Shown here one piece after another: positions 36,699 to 45,713 of a DNA stretch of 64,000 nucleotides (position 1 is its first letter; each line of letters opens with the position of its first letter). Source of the stretch: an uncultured Planctomycetales bacterium (GTDB taxonomy: Bacteria > Omnitrophota > Gorgyraeia > Zapsychrales > JBDRMG01); assembly GCA_964478715.1 (NCBI GenBank), contig CAYZIY010000003.1:84661-148660 (forward strand). Direction: 5' to 3'. The notes under the pieces are model-generated. The model saw only the letters and a list, made by a program, of their open reading frames with translations, did no database searches and was not told where the DNA came from. The translations under genes were made by a program, and so were the position numbers.

Positions 36699-37643
36699 AT
36701 GAACAAAAATGTTAAGATTCTCATTGTCGGTCATGATGATATTATCGAAAAGTCATTACGGATATATTTACGAGATAAAGGATTTGAACATGTGTTTTCG
36801 TCCTCAGAAATTGCTTTGGATTGCACCATCCAGCCCGCTGTTTATCAATTTTTCCAGGAAAACCGGCCGGAATATATTTTCTTAGGCTCAACCCGTTCGG
36901 GCGGGATTGCCGTCAATCAGAAATTTTCCGGAGACTTTATTTATCACAATCTGGAGAGCCAAAATAATATTATCTATGCGGCCCGAAAATTTCAGACCAA
37001 GAAATTGTTATTTTTTATGGGTTCTTGCGCCTATCCTAAGGAGTGCGCTCAACCGATCAAAGAAGACGCTTTGTTGACAGGTCCTTTGGAGGAAACCAGT
37101 GAGCCGTATTCACTGGCTAAGATTGCCGGCGTTAAACTCTGCCAGGCTTATCGCAAACAGTATGGTTTGAACGCGATTTGCTGTGTGCCGGCCACCGTTT
37201 ATGGGCCGCAAAGTGATATGAATTTTGAAAGCGCCCACGTGATCAATGCTTTGATAAAAAAATTTCACTCGGCCAAAGTAAAGGAAGAAAACCAAGTGGG
37301 TGTTTGGGGAAGCGGAGAGCCTCGCCGTGAATTTCTCTATTGTGAAGATTTTGCTCGGGCCTGCCTGTTTCTTATGGACCATTATGACCACGAGGAGCTA
37401 ATCAATATTGGCTGTGGAGAAGATGTTTCCATTAAGGAACTCAGCCAAATGATCCAGGCCATTTCCGGTTTTCAGGGAGAGATTGTTTTTGATAAAACGA
37501 AGCCGGATGGAGCGCTGAGAAAGCTGATGGATAATTCAAAAATGTCACGCCTGGGTTGGCAGACCCAGATTTCTTTGAAAGAAGGTATTGAGAAAACGTA
37601 CGATTGGTTTCAACAAAAAGAAAAATTGGAGAAGAAAGTATGA
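36699..37643 (+). CDS. GDP-L-fucose synthase (Fcl/GMER)-like SDR reductase with degenerate NAD(P) motif
   Basis: Collinear with E. coli Fcl (FIYHNLESQNNII, LLFFMGSCAYPK, EPYSLAKIAG, VWGSGEPRREFLY, KPDGALRKL). However, GHRGMVG is replaced by GHDDIIE, and the His of the Cys/His epimerase dyad aligns to Gln (VYGPQSD). Confidence 0.7.
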   Translation: MNKNVKILIVGHDDIIEKSLRIYLRDKGFEHVFSSSEIALDCTIQPAVYQFFQENRPEYIFLGSTRSGGIAVNQKFSGDFIYHNLESQNNIIYAARKFQTKKLLFFMGSCAYPKECAQPIKEDALLTGPLEETSEPYSLAKIAGVKLCQAYRKQYGLNAICCVPATVYGPQSDMNFESAHVINALIKKFHSAKVKEENQVGVWGSGEPRREFLYCEDFARACLFLMDHYDHEELINIGCGEDVSIKELSQMIQAISGFQGEIVFDKTKPDGALRKLMDNSKMSRLGWQTQISLKEGIEKTYDWFQQKEKLEKKV

Positions 37644-38572
37644 AAATATTAGTAACAGGAGCCGCAGGTTATATCGGTTCAGTTTTGGTTCCGCGGTTAT
37701 TAAGCGAAGGACACCAAGTGATGGCTCTGGATAATTTCATGTACAGGCAGGCTTCTCTTTTAGACTGTTGCCATAATCAGAATCTTGCTATTATTCGCGG
37801 CGATGCGCGCGATAAAAGTCTGATTGAAAAGCTATTGAGAGATGCGGATACCATTATTCCTTTAGCTTGCTTGACCGGCGCCCCTTTATGCAAAATGGAC
37901 CCCACCGGAGCCCGCTCAATTATCGTGGATGGAATCAATCTCATTTTGCAACTACGCAGCAAAGATCAAATGATCCTCTATCCGACAACCAATAGCGGCT
38001 ATGGAATTGGTCAAAAGGATAAATACTGCGACGAGCAAACGCCTTTAAATCCCCTTTCTCTTTATGGGAAACTCAAATGCGAGGCAGAAAAGGCCTTGCT
38101 GGATAGCGGTCAGGTGATTACCTTCAGGCTAGCGACAGCTTTTGGCGTTAGTCCGCGGATGCGGTTAGATCTTTTGGTTAATGACTTCACGTATCGGGCC
38201 GTTTACGACCGTTTTATTGTTCTGTTTGAAGCGCATTTTAAAAGGAATTATATTCATGTGCGCGATGTGGCCAAGGCTTTTGTTCACGGGATCAATCATT
38301 TTCAGGAAATGAAAAATCATGCTTATAATGTTGGTTTAAGCGAAGCCAATTTGAATAAGACGGAACTTTGTGAAGAGATCAAAAAACATGTTCCCGAATT
38401 TTATTTTGTGGAATCAAAGATTGGCGAGGATCCCGACAAGCGTGACTATATTGTCAGTAATGAAAAGATCGAGAAAATAGGTTATCGGCCTGATTTTTCC
38501 ATATCAGAGGGTATTGCAGAGCTCGTCAAGGGTTATAAAGTTATTAAAAGCAATCTGTATGCCAATATTTAA
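37640..38572 (+). CDS. NAD-dependent nucleotide-sugar epimerase/dehydratase (extended SDR)
   Basis: MKILVTGAAGYIGS Rossmann motif and YGKLKCEAE (YxxxK). ATGA overlap with the upstream gene. Confidence 0.7.
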   Translation: MKILVTGAAGYIGSVLVPRLLSEGHQVMALDNFMYRQASLLDCCHNQNLAIIRGDARDKSLIEKLLRDADTIIPLACLTGAPLCKMDPTGARSIIVDGINLILQLRSKDQMILYPTTNSGYGIGQKDKYCDEQTPLNPLSLYGKLKCEAEKALLDSGQVITFRLATAFGVSPRMRLDLLVNDFTYRAVYDRFIVLFEAHFKRNYIHVRDVAKAFVHGINHFQEMKNHAYNVGLSEANLNKTELCEEIKKHVPEFYFVESKIGEDPDKRDYIVSNEKIEKIGYRPDFSISEGIAELVKGYKVIKSNLYANI

Positions 38573-38587
38573 GCTTAAGGAGCGAAC

Positions 38588-39589
38588 ATGATTATTTCCC
38601 GCACGCCGTTTCGGATTTCTTTTTTTGGGGGAGGAACGGATTATCCTAAATGGTATGAAAAAAACAAAGGCGCGGTTTTGGCGACGACGATTGATAAATA
38701 TTGCTACATTACCTGCCGTTATCTTCCGCCGTTTTTCAAACATAAATCGCGGATCGCTTACTCGAAAATTGAATTAGTAAAAAATTTTAATGAGATTGAC
38801 CACCCTTCGGCGCGCGAGGTTTTAAAGTTTTTAAAAATTAAGCAAGGCGTGGAAATCCATCATGACGGTGACCTTCCGGCGCGAACAGGCTTGGGCTCAA
38901 GCTCGTCTTTTACTGTTGGATTGCTCAACGCACTTTATGCCTTGAAAGGCTATATGCCAACCAAAGAAAAGCTGACCGAAGAGGCGATCTATATTGAGCA
39001 GGAAAAATGCAAAGAGAATGTGGGTTGCCAGGATCAGGCGCTGGCGGCGCATGGCGGCTTTAATCATATTGAATTTGGTGGCGTGAACCATTTGAATGTT
39101 CGACGAGTTACTCTTTCGAGGGATAAACTGATTAAACTTCAAGATCATCTGATGATGTTTTTTACCGGGTTTTCGCGTACGGCCAGTCAAGTGGCGAAAC
39201 ATCAGATCCAAAATATTCCCAAGAAGAAAAATGAGCTGAAGAAGATACAACAAATGGTCCCCGAGGCCTTGAAAATTTTAAATAGTAAGCGGATTAACAA
39301 TTTCGGTAAGCTGCTTCACGAGTCCTGGATGATCAAAAGACAATTGTCTAGCAAGATCACAACAGATTATGTGGATGAGATCTATCAGGCGGCCAGAATC
39401 GCCGGGGCCTTGGGAGGAAAACTGCTTGGGGCCGGAGGGGGAGGTTTCGTCCTTATTTTTGCTGAGCCAAAACATCAGAAAAAAATACGCCAGAAATTGA
39501 AGAAACTTTTGGAAGTTCCTTTCCGCTTTGAAGATTTAGGTAGCCAAATCATTTTCTATCAACCTTTCACAGGCGTTGTTCAAAGTTAA
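38588..39589 (+). CDS. GHMP-family sugar kinase (D-glycero-D-manno-heptose 7-phosphate kinase HddA-like)
   Basis: N-terminal TPFRISFFGGGTDYP and the GHMP motif PARTGLGSSSSFTVGLL. 333 aa. Followed by a nucleotidyltransferase; a GmhB phosphatase lies at 48.6 kb in the same operon. Confidence 0.6.
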   Translation: MIISRTPFRISFFGGGTDYPKWYEKNKGAVLATTIDKYCYITCRYLPPFFKHKSRIAYSKIELVKNFNEIDHPSAREVLKFLKIKQGVEIHHDGDLPARTGLGSSSSFTVGLLNALYALKGYMPTKEKLTEEAIYIEQEKCKENVGCQDQALAAHGGFNHIEFGGVNHLNVRRVTLSRDKLIKLQDHLMMFFTGFSRTASQVAKHQIQNIPKKKNELKKIQQMVPEALKILNSKRINNFGKLLHESWMIKRQLSSKITTDYVDEIYQAARIAGALGGKLLGAGGGGFVLIFAEPKHQKKIRQKLKKLLEVPFRFEDLGSQIIFYQPFTGVVQS

Positions 39590-39591
39590 AG

Positions 39592-40302
39592 ATGAATAAT
39601 CTTTATGAAAAAGATATTTATATTTTATGCGGGGGATTAGGAAAACGCTTGCGAAAAGAGGTGAGTGATGTCCCCAAAGTGCTTGCCGATATTAAGGGAG
39701 TCCCGTTTTTAAAAATCCTTTTGAGATATTTAGAACAGCAGGGATTTAAACAGATAGTTCTGGGCATAGGATACAAGGGGGAAATGATTGTTGATTTTTG
39801 CAAAAATAATTTTTCTCACCTGGATATCCATTTTTCAAAAGAAGAGACGCCTCTGGGGACGGGTGGGGCCCTTAAATTTGCCAGACCTTTTATTAAGAGT
39901 GAACCTTTCTTTGCTTTAAACGGGGATTGTTTCTGCCGATTTGATTACCCATCGCTTTTTCGATTTCATCAAGAAAAAAGCGCGCAGGCAACACTGGCGG
40001 TTTATCGGTTGCCAGAGAAAAAAGATTTTGGATCGATTACGCTTGATGAAAATAATCAGATCCTTAATTTCAGTGAAAAAAGCGTGGATCAAGCAACACA
40101 ATTTGCCAGCGTCGGTATCTATTGTTTTAATCAAAGCGTTTTTGATCTGATGCCGCAGGCAGAGGCTTTCTCGATTGAGACAGATTTTTTTCCCACACTA
40201 GTCGGAAAAGATTTCTATGGCTTTGAAACAAAAGAAGAGTTTATCGATATCGGAACACCTGATCGATACAAAATCGCTCAGAATTTTTTAGATAAGGAGT
40301 AA
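39592..40302 (+). CDS. Sugar-1-phosphate nucleotidyltransferase (HddC/GDP-heptose-type, short form)
   Basis: ILCGGLGKRLR...PKVL nucleotidyltransferase signature. 236 aa. Confidence 0.6.
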   Translation: MNNLYEKDIYILCGGLGKRLRKEVSDVPKVLADIKGVPFLKILLRYLEQQGFKQIVLGIGYKGEMIVDFCKNNFSHLDIHFSKEETPLGTGGALKFARPFIKSEPFFALNGDCFCRFDYPSLFRFHQEKSAQATLAVYRLPEKKDFGSITLDENNQILNFSEKSVDQATQFASVGIYCFNQSVFDLMPQAEAFSIETDFFPTLVGKDFYGFETKEEFIDIGTPDRYKIAQNFLDKE

Positions 40303-40306
40303 ACAA

Positions 40307-41515
40307 GTGCTGCCAAAAATGAAAGTTCCATTTGGAGCTATCACCATTACCCAAGAAGCCAAAGATCTGATCCGGCAGGCGTTGGAGACTCAGAGGGTTT
40401 CTTCCGGTAAATATGTTCGTCAATTCGAAGACGAGTTTGCAAAGCTTGTTGGAGTCAAAGAAGCTGTCGCTGTCAGCAGCGGGACCGATGCGGATATTCT
40501 TGCTTTGGCCGCTCTTTATGATTTGGGAGCTAAACGGGGAGATGAAGTGATTGTGTCGGCGCTTTCCTTTGTCGCAACAGGCAATGCCGTTTTGCATGCC
40601 GGTTTCACTCCCGCTTTTGTAGATATTAAGAAAGACACTCTCAATATCGATTCTGATCAAATTGAGAAGGTGATCACAAAAAAAACAAAAGCTATTATGC
40701 CTGTGCATTTGATGGGCAAACCGGCACAGATGGATGTGATTAATGAAATAGCCAGAAAGCATAATCTCTTTGTGATCGAAGACGCGGCCGAAGCTCATGG
40801 TGCTGTTTATAAAGAAAAAAACGTCGGCCAGTGGTCCGATATGGCGGCCTACAGTACTTATGTGGCTCACATTATCACAACCGTTGAAGGCGGAATTGTG
40901 ACAACAGATCGAGAGGATCTGGCGGAGATATTGAGATCTCTTCGGGCGCACGGTCGATCCTGCAAGTGTAAAGTGTGTGTGGTTAATACCAATTCAGGTT
41001 ATTGTGAAAAGAGATTTGCCCAAGGAAAAGATATCCGATTTATTTTTGAGCGGATTGGATATTCAGCCAAGATGAACGAATTGGAAGCGGCGATTGGTTT
41101 AGGGAGCTTGAAGCTTTATAACGAAATTATTGAGAAGCGAAGACACAATCTTCTGACGATGATTGAAAAGCTAAAGGAATTTGAAGAATTTCTCTTTTCG
41201 ATTGAAGAAGAAGAACATGAGCGAATCGGGCCGCATGCCCTTCCCATCATTGTTAGAGAAGGCGCCCCCTTTACCCGTAACGAACTTGTAACCCATCTTG
41301 AAGCCAATGGGATTGATTCGCGTGATCTTTTTGCGTCCATGCCGACCCAGTGTCCGGGATTTTCTTTTCTCAATTATAAACTTGGCGACTTTCCCAATGC
41401 CGAGTATATGGGTAATCACGGAATCCATATCGGTGTCCATCAGGATTTGACCGACAAGCATATTGATTATGTGATGGATACAATAAGAGATTTTATCAAA
41501 TCCAAGAACGCTTAA
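40307..41515 (+). CDS. DegT/DnrJ/EryC1-family enzyme with catalytic Lys replaced by His: putative PMP-dependent sugar 3-dehydratase (ColD/E1-like)
   Basis: The fold motif is intact (DAAEAHGA, MPVHLMGKP), but the Schiff-base position reads STYVAHIITTVEGG (His instead of Lys). A CxCxxCx9C cluster (SCKCKVCVVNTNSGYC) follows. Confidence 0.6.
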   Translation: MLPKMKVPFGAITITQEAKDLIRQALETQRVSSGKYVRQFEDEFAKLVGVKEAVAVSSGTDADILALAALYDLGAKRGDEVIVSALSFVATGNAVLHAGFTPAFVDIKKDTLNIDSDQIEKVITKKTKAIMPVHLMGKPAQMDVINEIARKHNLFVIEDAAEAHGAVYKEKNVGQWSDMAAYSTYVAHIITTVEGGIVTTDREDLAEILRSLRAHGRSCKCKVCVVNTNSGYCEKRFAQGKDIRFIFERIGYSAKMNELEAAIGLGSLKLYNEIIEKRRHNLLTMIEKLKEFEEFLFSIEEEEHERIGPHALPIIVREGAPFTRNELVTHLEANGIDSRDLFASMPTQCPGFSFLNYKLGDFPNAEYMGNHGIHIGVHQDLTDKHIDYVMDTIRDFIKSKNA

Positions 41516-41520
41516 ACCGT

Positions 41521-42633
41521 ATGCGTATTGCCATCAATTGCCGGTCCTTTCTAAAAAAACAATACGCCGGCATAGGACGCTATACCTATAATCTGGTTCA
41601 GTCTTTAGCTGAAATCGATAAGCAAAACCAATATTTTCTTTATGCGAAAAAGGGACTCTTTGATTTTAAAAAGAGCTTGCCTAAACCTCCGGCCCAAAAT
41701 TTTTCACTCAAATGGGATTTCTTAAATAGAGGACTTCAGAAAACTTTAAAGAAAATGGACATTTATCATGCGCCCAGTTTGGAAAATATGGACATCCATG
41801 GACCACGGATTATTGTAACGGTGCATGATCTGGTGTATAAAAAATTTCCGGCCGGCCATACGGCTGAGACAATCGAAACAACTAGAAAACAACTGCACCA
41901 AATTACTCGGCGTGCGGATCATATCATATGTTGCTCGCAAAGCACCAAAGAAGATCTGCTTGAATCATTCGATTTTCCTGAGAGTCATGTCACCGTGATT
42001 CATCAGGGAGTCGATAGAAGTGTTTTTTATCCTCTTTGTGATGAGGAAAGAAATAAAGCAGCAGAAGATTTAAAGCAATGGGGCATTGAACAGCCTTTTT
42101 TATTTTTTGTGGGAACCAGTGAGCCCAGAAAGAATTTAGAAAATACTTTGCGGGCCTTTGCGCTTTTGAAATCGGATCAGCAATTTAGCGGCAAGCTTGT
42201 GATCGCCGGGATGAAAGGCTGGATGAAAGAAAGTAATGAAGAATTAGCCAAACGCTTGAATCTTAAAGACGATATTGTTTATTGCGGCTATATCAGCGAT
42301 TCGACATTGCGGGCATTGTATAATCTGTGTGAAGTTTTTGTCTTTCCGTCATTTTACGAAGGATTTGGGTTTCCTATTCTTGAGGCCTTTTGCTGCGGGG
42401 CTCCGGTTGTGACATCGAATTCATCATCCTGCGCGGAAGTGGCAGGGGATGCGGCAGTGCTTGTGGATTCCTATGATCCGGGGAAAATTGCTCAGGCTAT
42501 TGAAGAAATTATCAAAGATGATGGTCGCAGGGATTTATTATCCAGAAAAGGCTTCAAAAGATCAAGAAATTTTTCTTTCTTAAAAACGGCTCAGGAAACA
42601 TTTAAAGTTTATAGCGCTACTTTTAATCGATAA
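41521..42633 (+). CDS. Glycosyltransferase, GT4-like (GT-B fold)
   Basis: C-terminal EGFGFPILEAFCCGAPVVTSN motif (E-X7-E type). Confidence 0.8.
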   Translation: MRIAINCRSFLKKQYAGIGRYTYNLVQSLAEIDKQNQYFLYAKKGLFDFKKSLPKPPAQNFSLKWDFLNRGLQKTLKKMDIYHAPSLENMDIHGPRIIVTVHDLVYKKFPAGHTAETIETTRKQLHQITRRADHIICCSQSTKEDLLESFDFPESHVTVIHQGVDRSVFYPLCDEERNKAAEDLKQWGIEQPFLFFVGTSEPRKNLENTLRAFALLKSDQQFSGKLVIAGMKGWMKESNEELAKRLNLKDDIVYCGYISDSTLRALYNLCEVFVFPSFYEGFGFPILEAFCCGAPVVTSNSSSCAEVAGDAAVLVDSYDPGKIAQAIEEIIKDDGRRDLLSRKGFKRSRNFSFLKTAQETFKVYSATFNR

Positions 42634-42795
42634 GACAAATGAGAAGAAGAGTGGAGTGCTAAATATATTTTTAGTGTTAAGAGAATCTATTAGTGTTTAC
42701 AAGGTCTAAATTTTTATTCCAGAAATTGATTCATTTTATCCCCAGTCAAGAAGGTATCTAAATGGAGAAATCATTTTTCGCAGGAAGGAAAGTAT

Positions 42796-43617
42796 ATGAA
42801 CGCAGAAGGTGACATAACAGCTGTTATTATAACAAAAAATGAAGAAAGCAAAATACGAGCTTGTTTGGATCAAGTTACAAAACTCACAAAAGAAATAATT
42901 ATCGTTGACGACGAATCTACAGATCAAACGCGAGAAATTGCTCAAGATGAATACGGAGCTCTTGTGATTGTTAGTCGTTCAAATGATTGGTTAGCGCGCC
43001 AACGGAATATCGGCGCCGAACAAGTAAAAACCCAATGGTTTGTGTCAATCGATGCTGATGAAATTTTGACTAATGAATCAATCTTAAGGATAAGACAGGC
43101 GCTTAATTCGGCTGATAAGAATGTAGGAGCTTTTAAAGTTAAACGGCTAAATTATTTTTTTGGAAAACCAATTTATCATGCAGGCGCCTTCCACTCTCTT
43201 GTAAAGATATTTCGCAAAGAATGTCGAGACAAGGAAAAAGTTCAACATGAAAACTGGACCATCAAGGGAAACGTTCAGGATATTGATACAGTTTTTGAAC
43301 ACCATCCATTTTCTTCAATGGAGAAAATATTTAAACGCGAGATACGTTATACAAAAAGAGAGGGCCGTGCCTATGTCGACACTAGAGACAAAATTACTTT
43401 TCAAGAAATAAAAAAAGGCTTATTCATCAAAACACTAAAGGCTTTTTGGAAAGCTTATATCAAAAAGCGTGGTCGTAAGGATGGAATGCACGGGTTTATG
43501 TTTTGTTTTATTCATCATGTCTTGAGACCAGCTATGCGCTGGTGTTTTATATGGGAGGAAAGCATCAGGCAGAATAAGCTCGATCAACAAAGACAAGATA
43601 AACGATTGAAAAAATAG
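42796..43617 (+). CDS. Glycosyltransferase family 2
   Basis: ITAVIITKNEESKI...IIVDDESTD...SIDADE (DxD) GT-A signature. Confidence 0.7.
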   Translation: MNAEGDITAVIITKNEESKIRACLDQVTKLTKEIIIVDDESTDQTREIAQDEYGALVIVSRSNDWLARQRNIGAEQVKTQWFVSIDADEILTNESILRIRQALNSADKNVGAFKVKRLNYFFGKPIYHAGAFHSLVKIFRKECRDKEKVQHENWTIKGNVQDIDTVFEHHPFSSMEKIFKREIRYTKREGRAYVDTRDKITFQEIKKGLFIKTLKAFWKAYIKKRGRKDGMHGFMFCFIHHVLRPAMRWCFIWEESIRQNKLDQQRQDKRLKK

Positions 43618-43712
43618 ACTAAAAATTTGATACGACACAAATTTAATTTATAAATAGAAGTGGAAGAAAGCAGTCTTTTATCGATAACCTTTTTTTATTG
43701 AAATCAGAGCAT

Positions 43713-44876
43713 ATGATAATAACTAATTTAAAGAGAGAACATAGGATAGTCAAGAGGCCGCGCAAATATAAATTTAAGGGTTATTCTGAGATCCGAGCAA
43801 GCCGCAAACAGAGGTTGTACCAGCTGTTTAAATTATTTTATAAGTTGGCTGGAAAATCTAAGGAAATGGATAGCATTTTCCGAATCGAAAAGTTTTCACG
43901 TATGCTGCATCCGCTTCATTTTTCACAGAAGAATGTTAATGAAAATCAAAAAACAAAGTTTTTTCAAAGTCAGCTTTTGGGGATTGAAATCGAGACTCAC
44001 GCTTACTGCAACAGGCGCTGCTGGTTCTGCCCTAACGCCTTTTTGAACCGGTTGGATAAGACACAATTGATGCCGAAAGAAATTTATGAAAAAGTGATTG
44101 ATGAACTTGCCAACATTGACTTTAGGGGTGAAGTGAAAATGCAACGCTATAATGAGCCTTTGGCTCTTGATTTAATTTACGAGCGTATTGAGTATACGCG
44201 CAAAAAATTACCCTACGCCGATATTGGCATGCATACCAATGGAGATTATCTGAATTCTCAAACCTTGAAGAAGCTGGATGAGGCAGGTTTGGATCACCTA
44301 TTTGTTTCGCTTTATCTTGATTATCGAGGGGATCGAGAGGTAATCAAGCAATCTGCGGAGCAAGCTTGTCTTGATTTCTTGAGTAAACTGAAAATCCAAG
44401 AGTATTCGGTATCCAATCAAGAAGGATTGGCACGCTATAAGTTTTGTCTCAACAATCTAAAGGTTTTAATCTTTGCCTTTGATCTCGAAAAAGACGGATC
44501 TGATCGCGGGGGAAGTCTCCAGGTAATGTCCAGGGACATCAGATATTCTCCTTGTATGAGTCCTTTTGTGCGATTGTTTATCGACTGGACTGGAGATGTC
44601 TTTCCCTGTTGTAATTTAAGACACGACTTTCAAGGACACAGTGAATACATTATGGGAAATGTAAAAAATCAAAGTCTTCAGGAAATTTATTTCTCAAAGC
44701 AGGCGAATTACATGAGGCGTCATTTAGCAGATATTAGCGAGAAAGAAGGTGTTTGTCATACGTGTGCCTTTGATGTCATGTGCTCCAGTTCAAAGGCCAA
44801 GTCAATTCTCAACCCAGTGGTTTTTCGCATCGATTCACTCCTTGCTTTGCGGGATGGCAAATATGATGAAAGTTAG
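43713..44876 (+). CDS. Radical SAM protein with C-terminal SPASM/twitch-like Cys-rich domain
   Basis: CNRRCWFCPN (CxxxCxxC) and a C-terminal cysteine cluster (CMSPF...PCCNLRHD...CHTCAFDVMCSS). The first ATG is at 43713; the track starts at TTG 43698. Confidence 0.65.
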   Translation: MIITNLKREHRIVKRPRKYKFKGYSEIRASRKQRLYQLFKLFYKLAGKSKEMDSIFRIEKFSRMLHPLHFSQKNVNENQKTKFFQSQLLGIEIETHAYCNRRCWFCPNAFLNRLDKTQLMPKEIYEKVIDELANIDFRGEVKMQRYNEPLALDLIYERIEYTRKKLPYADIGMHTNGDYLNSQTLKKLDEAGLDHLFVSLYLDYRGDREVIKQSAEQACLDFLSKLKIQEYSVSNQEGLARYKFCLNNLKVLIFAFDLEKDGSDRGGSLQVMSRDIRYSPCMSPFVRLFIDWTGDVFPCCNLRHDFQGHSEYIMGNVKNQSLQEIYFSKQANYMRRHLADISEKEGVCHTCAFDVMCSSSKAKSILNPVVFRIDSLLALRDGKYDES

Positions 44877-45711
44877 CGGATTTACTATAGCCCGTAATGC
44901 GATCAAGCTTCGCTATCCGATTATCGAATCGATTACATCCATTCTGCCGATTGTTGATGAATTTATCATTTGTGTAGGAGACAGTGAAGATGAAACATTG
45001 GCAACAATTCGAAGTATAAAAAGTCCAAAAATCAGAATTATTCAATCTCGTTGGGATTTTACGCAAAAGGAGGAAGTGCTGTCTCAACAAACGAATATCG
45101 CTTTAAAAGAATGTGCGGGTGACTGGGCTTTTTATCTTCAAAGCGATGAAGTGATCCACGAGTTTGATTTGCCAAAAATTCATTATTACATGAAGCATTA
45201 TCATGCCAAAAGAGAGGTTGATGCCCTGAGATTTTATTGGCTTCATTTTTATGGCAGCCATTATCGGTATCGTATTGATGCCGGCTGGTATCAAAAACAG
45301 GATCGTATTATCCGCAATGATGGCTCCATTGAGTCATACGGAGACGCCTATGCTTTTCGCAGGAAAGACGGGGAGTCCCTGAGAACACGTAAAACAGGTT
45401 GCTTTGTTTACCACTATGGATGGGTTTTTTCGCCTGAGCAAATGGCCCACAGGCGTGTTAACGCGGGAAAAATATGGCATGTCGATCGCTCTGATATTGA
45501 ACAAGCCGGGCGTTATGAATTCGGAGATTTAGATCAATTGCCTGTCTATTTCGGAAGTCATCCTTCTGTTATGCAGAGAAGGATTCAAGAACATCTACTT
45601 AGCAATGAAGATTGGCGTAAGATTTCACGAAAATATTGGTGGCATCCCGCTAGAATCCTAAGATTACGGTACAAAACACCCAAAAGGTTAAAAAAGGCGT
45701 TTTTTAAGTAA
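44854..45711 (+). CDS. Hypothetical protein, possibly a GT-A-like glycosyltransferase
   Basis: The N-terminal pattern VSGFTIARNAIKLRYPIIESI...ICVGDSEDET loosely resembles a GT-A fold, and a SDE motif is present. No confident family assignment. Confidence 0.3.
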   Translation: MANMMKVSGFTIARNAIKLRYPIIESITSILPIVDEFIICVGDSEDETLATIRSIKSPKIRIIQSRWDFTQKEEVLSQQTNIALKECAGDWAFYLQSDEVIHEFDLPKIHYYMKHYHAKREVDALRFYWLHFYGSHYRYRIDAGWYQKQDRIIRNDGSIESYGDAYAFRRKDGESLRTRKTGCFVYHYGWVFSPEQMAHRRVNAGKIWHVDRSDIEQAGRYEFGDLDQLPVYFGSHPSVMQRRIQEHLLSNEDWRKISRKYWWHPARILRLRYKTPKRLKKAFFK

Positions 45712-45713
45712 GC

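Noticed and set aside
40241-40951. 236-aa minus-strand ORF antisense to the His-type DegT gene
   Set aside because: Fully antisense to a gene with clear family motifs. Cys/His/Phe-rich junk composition.
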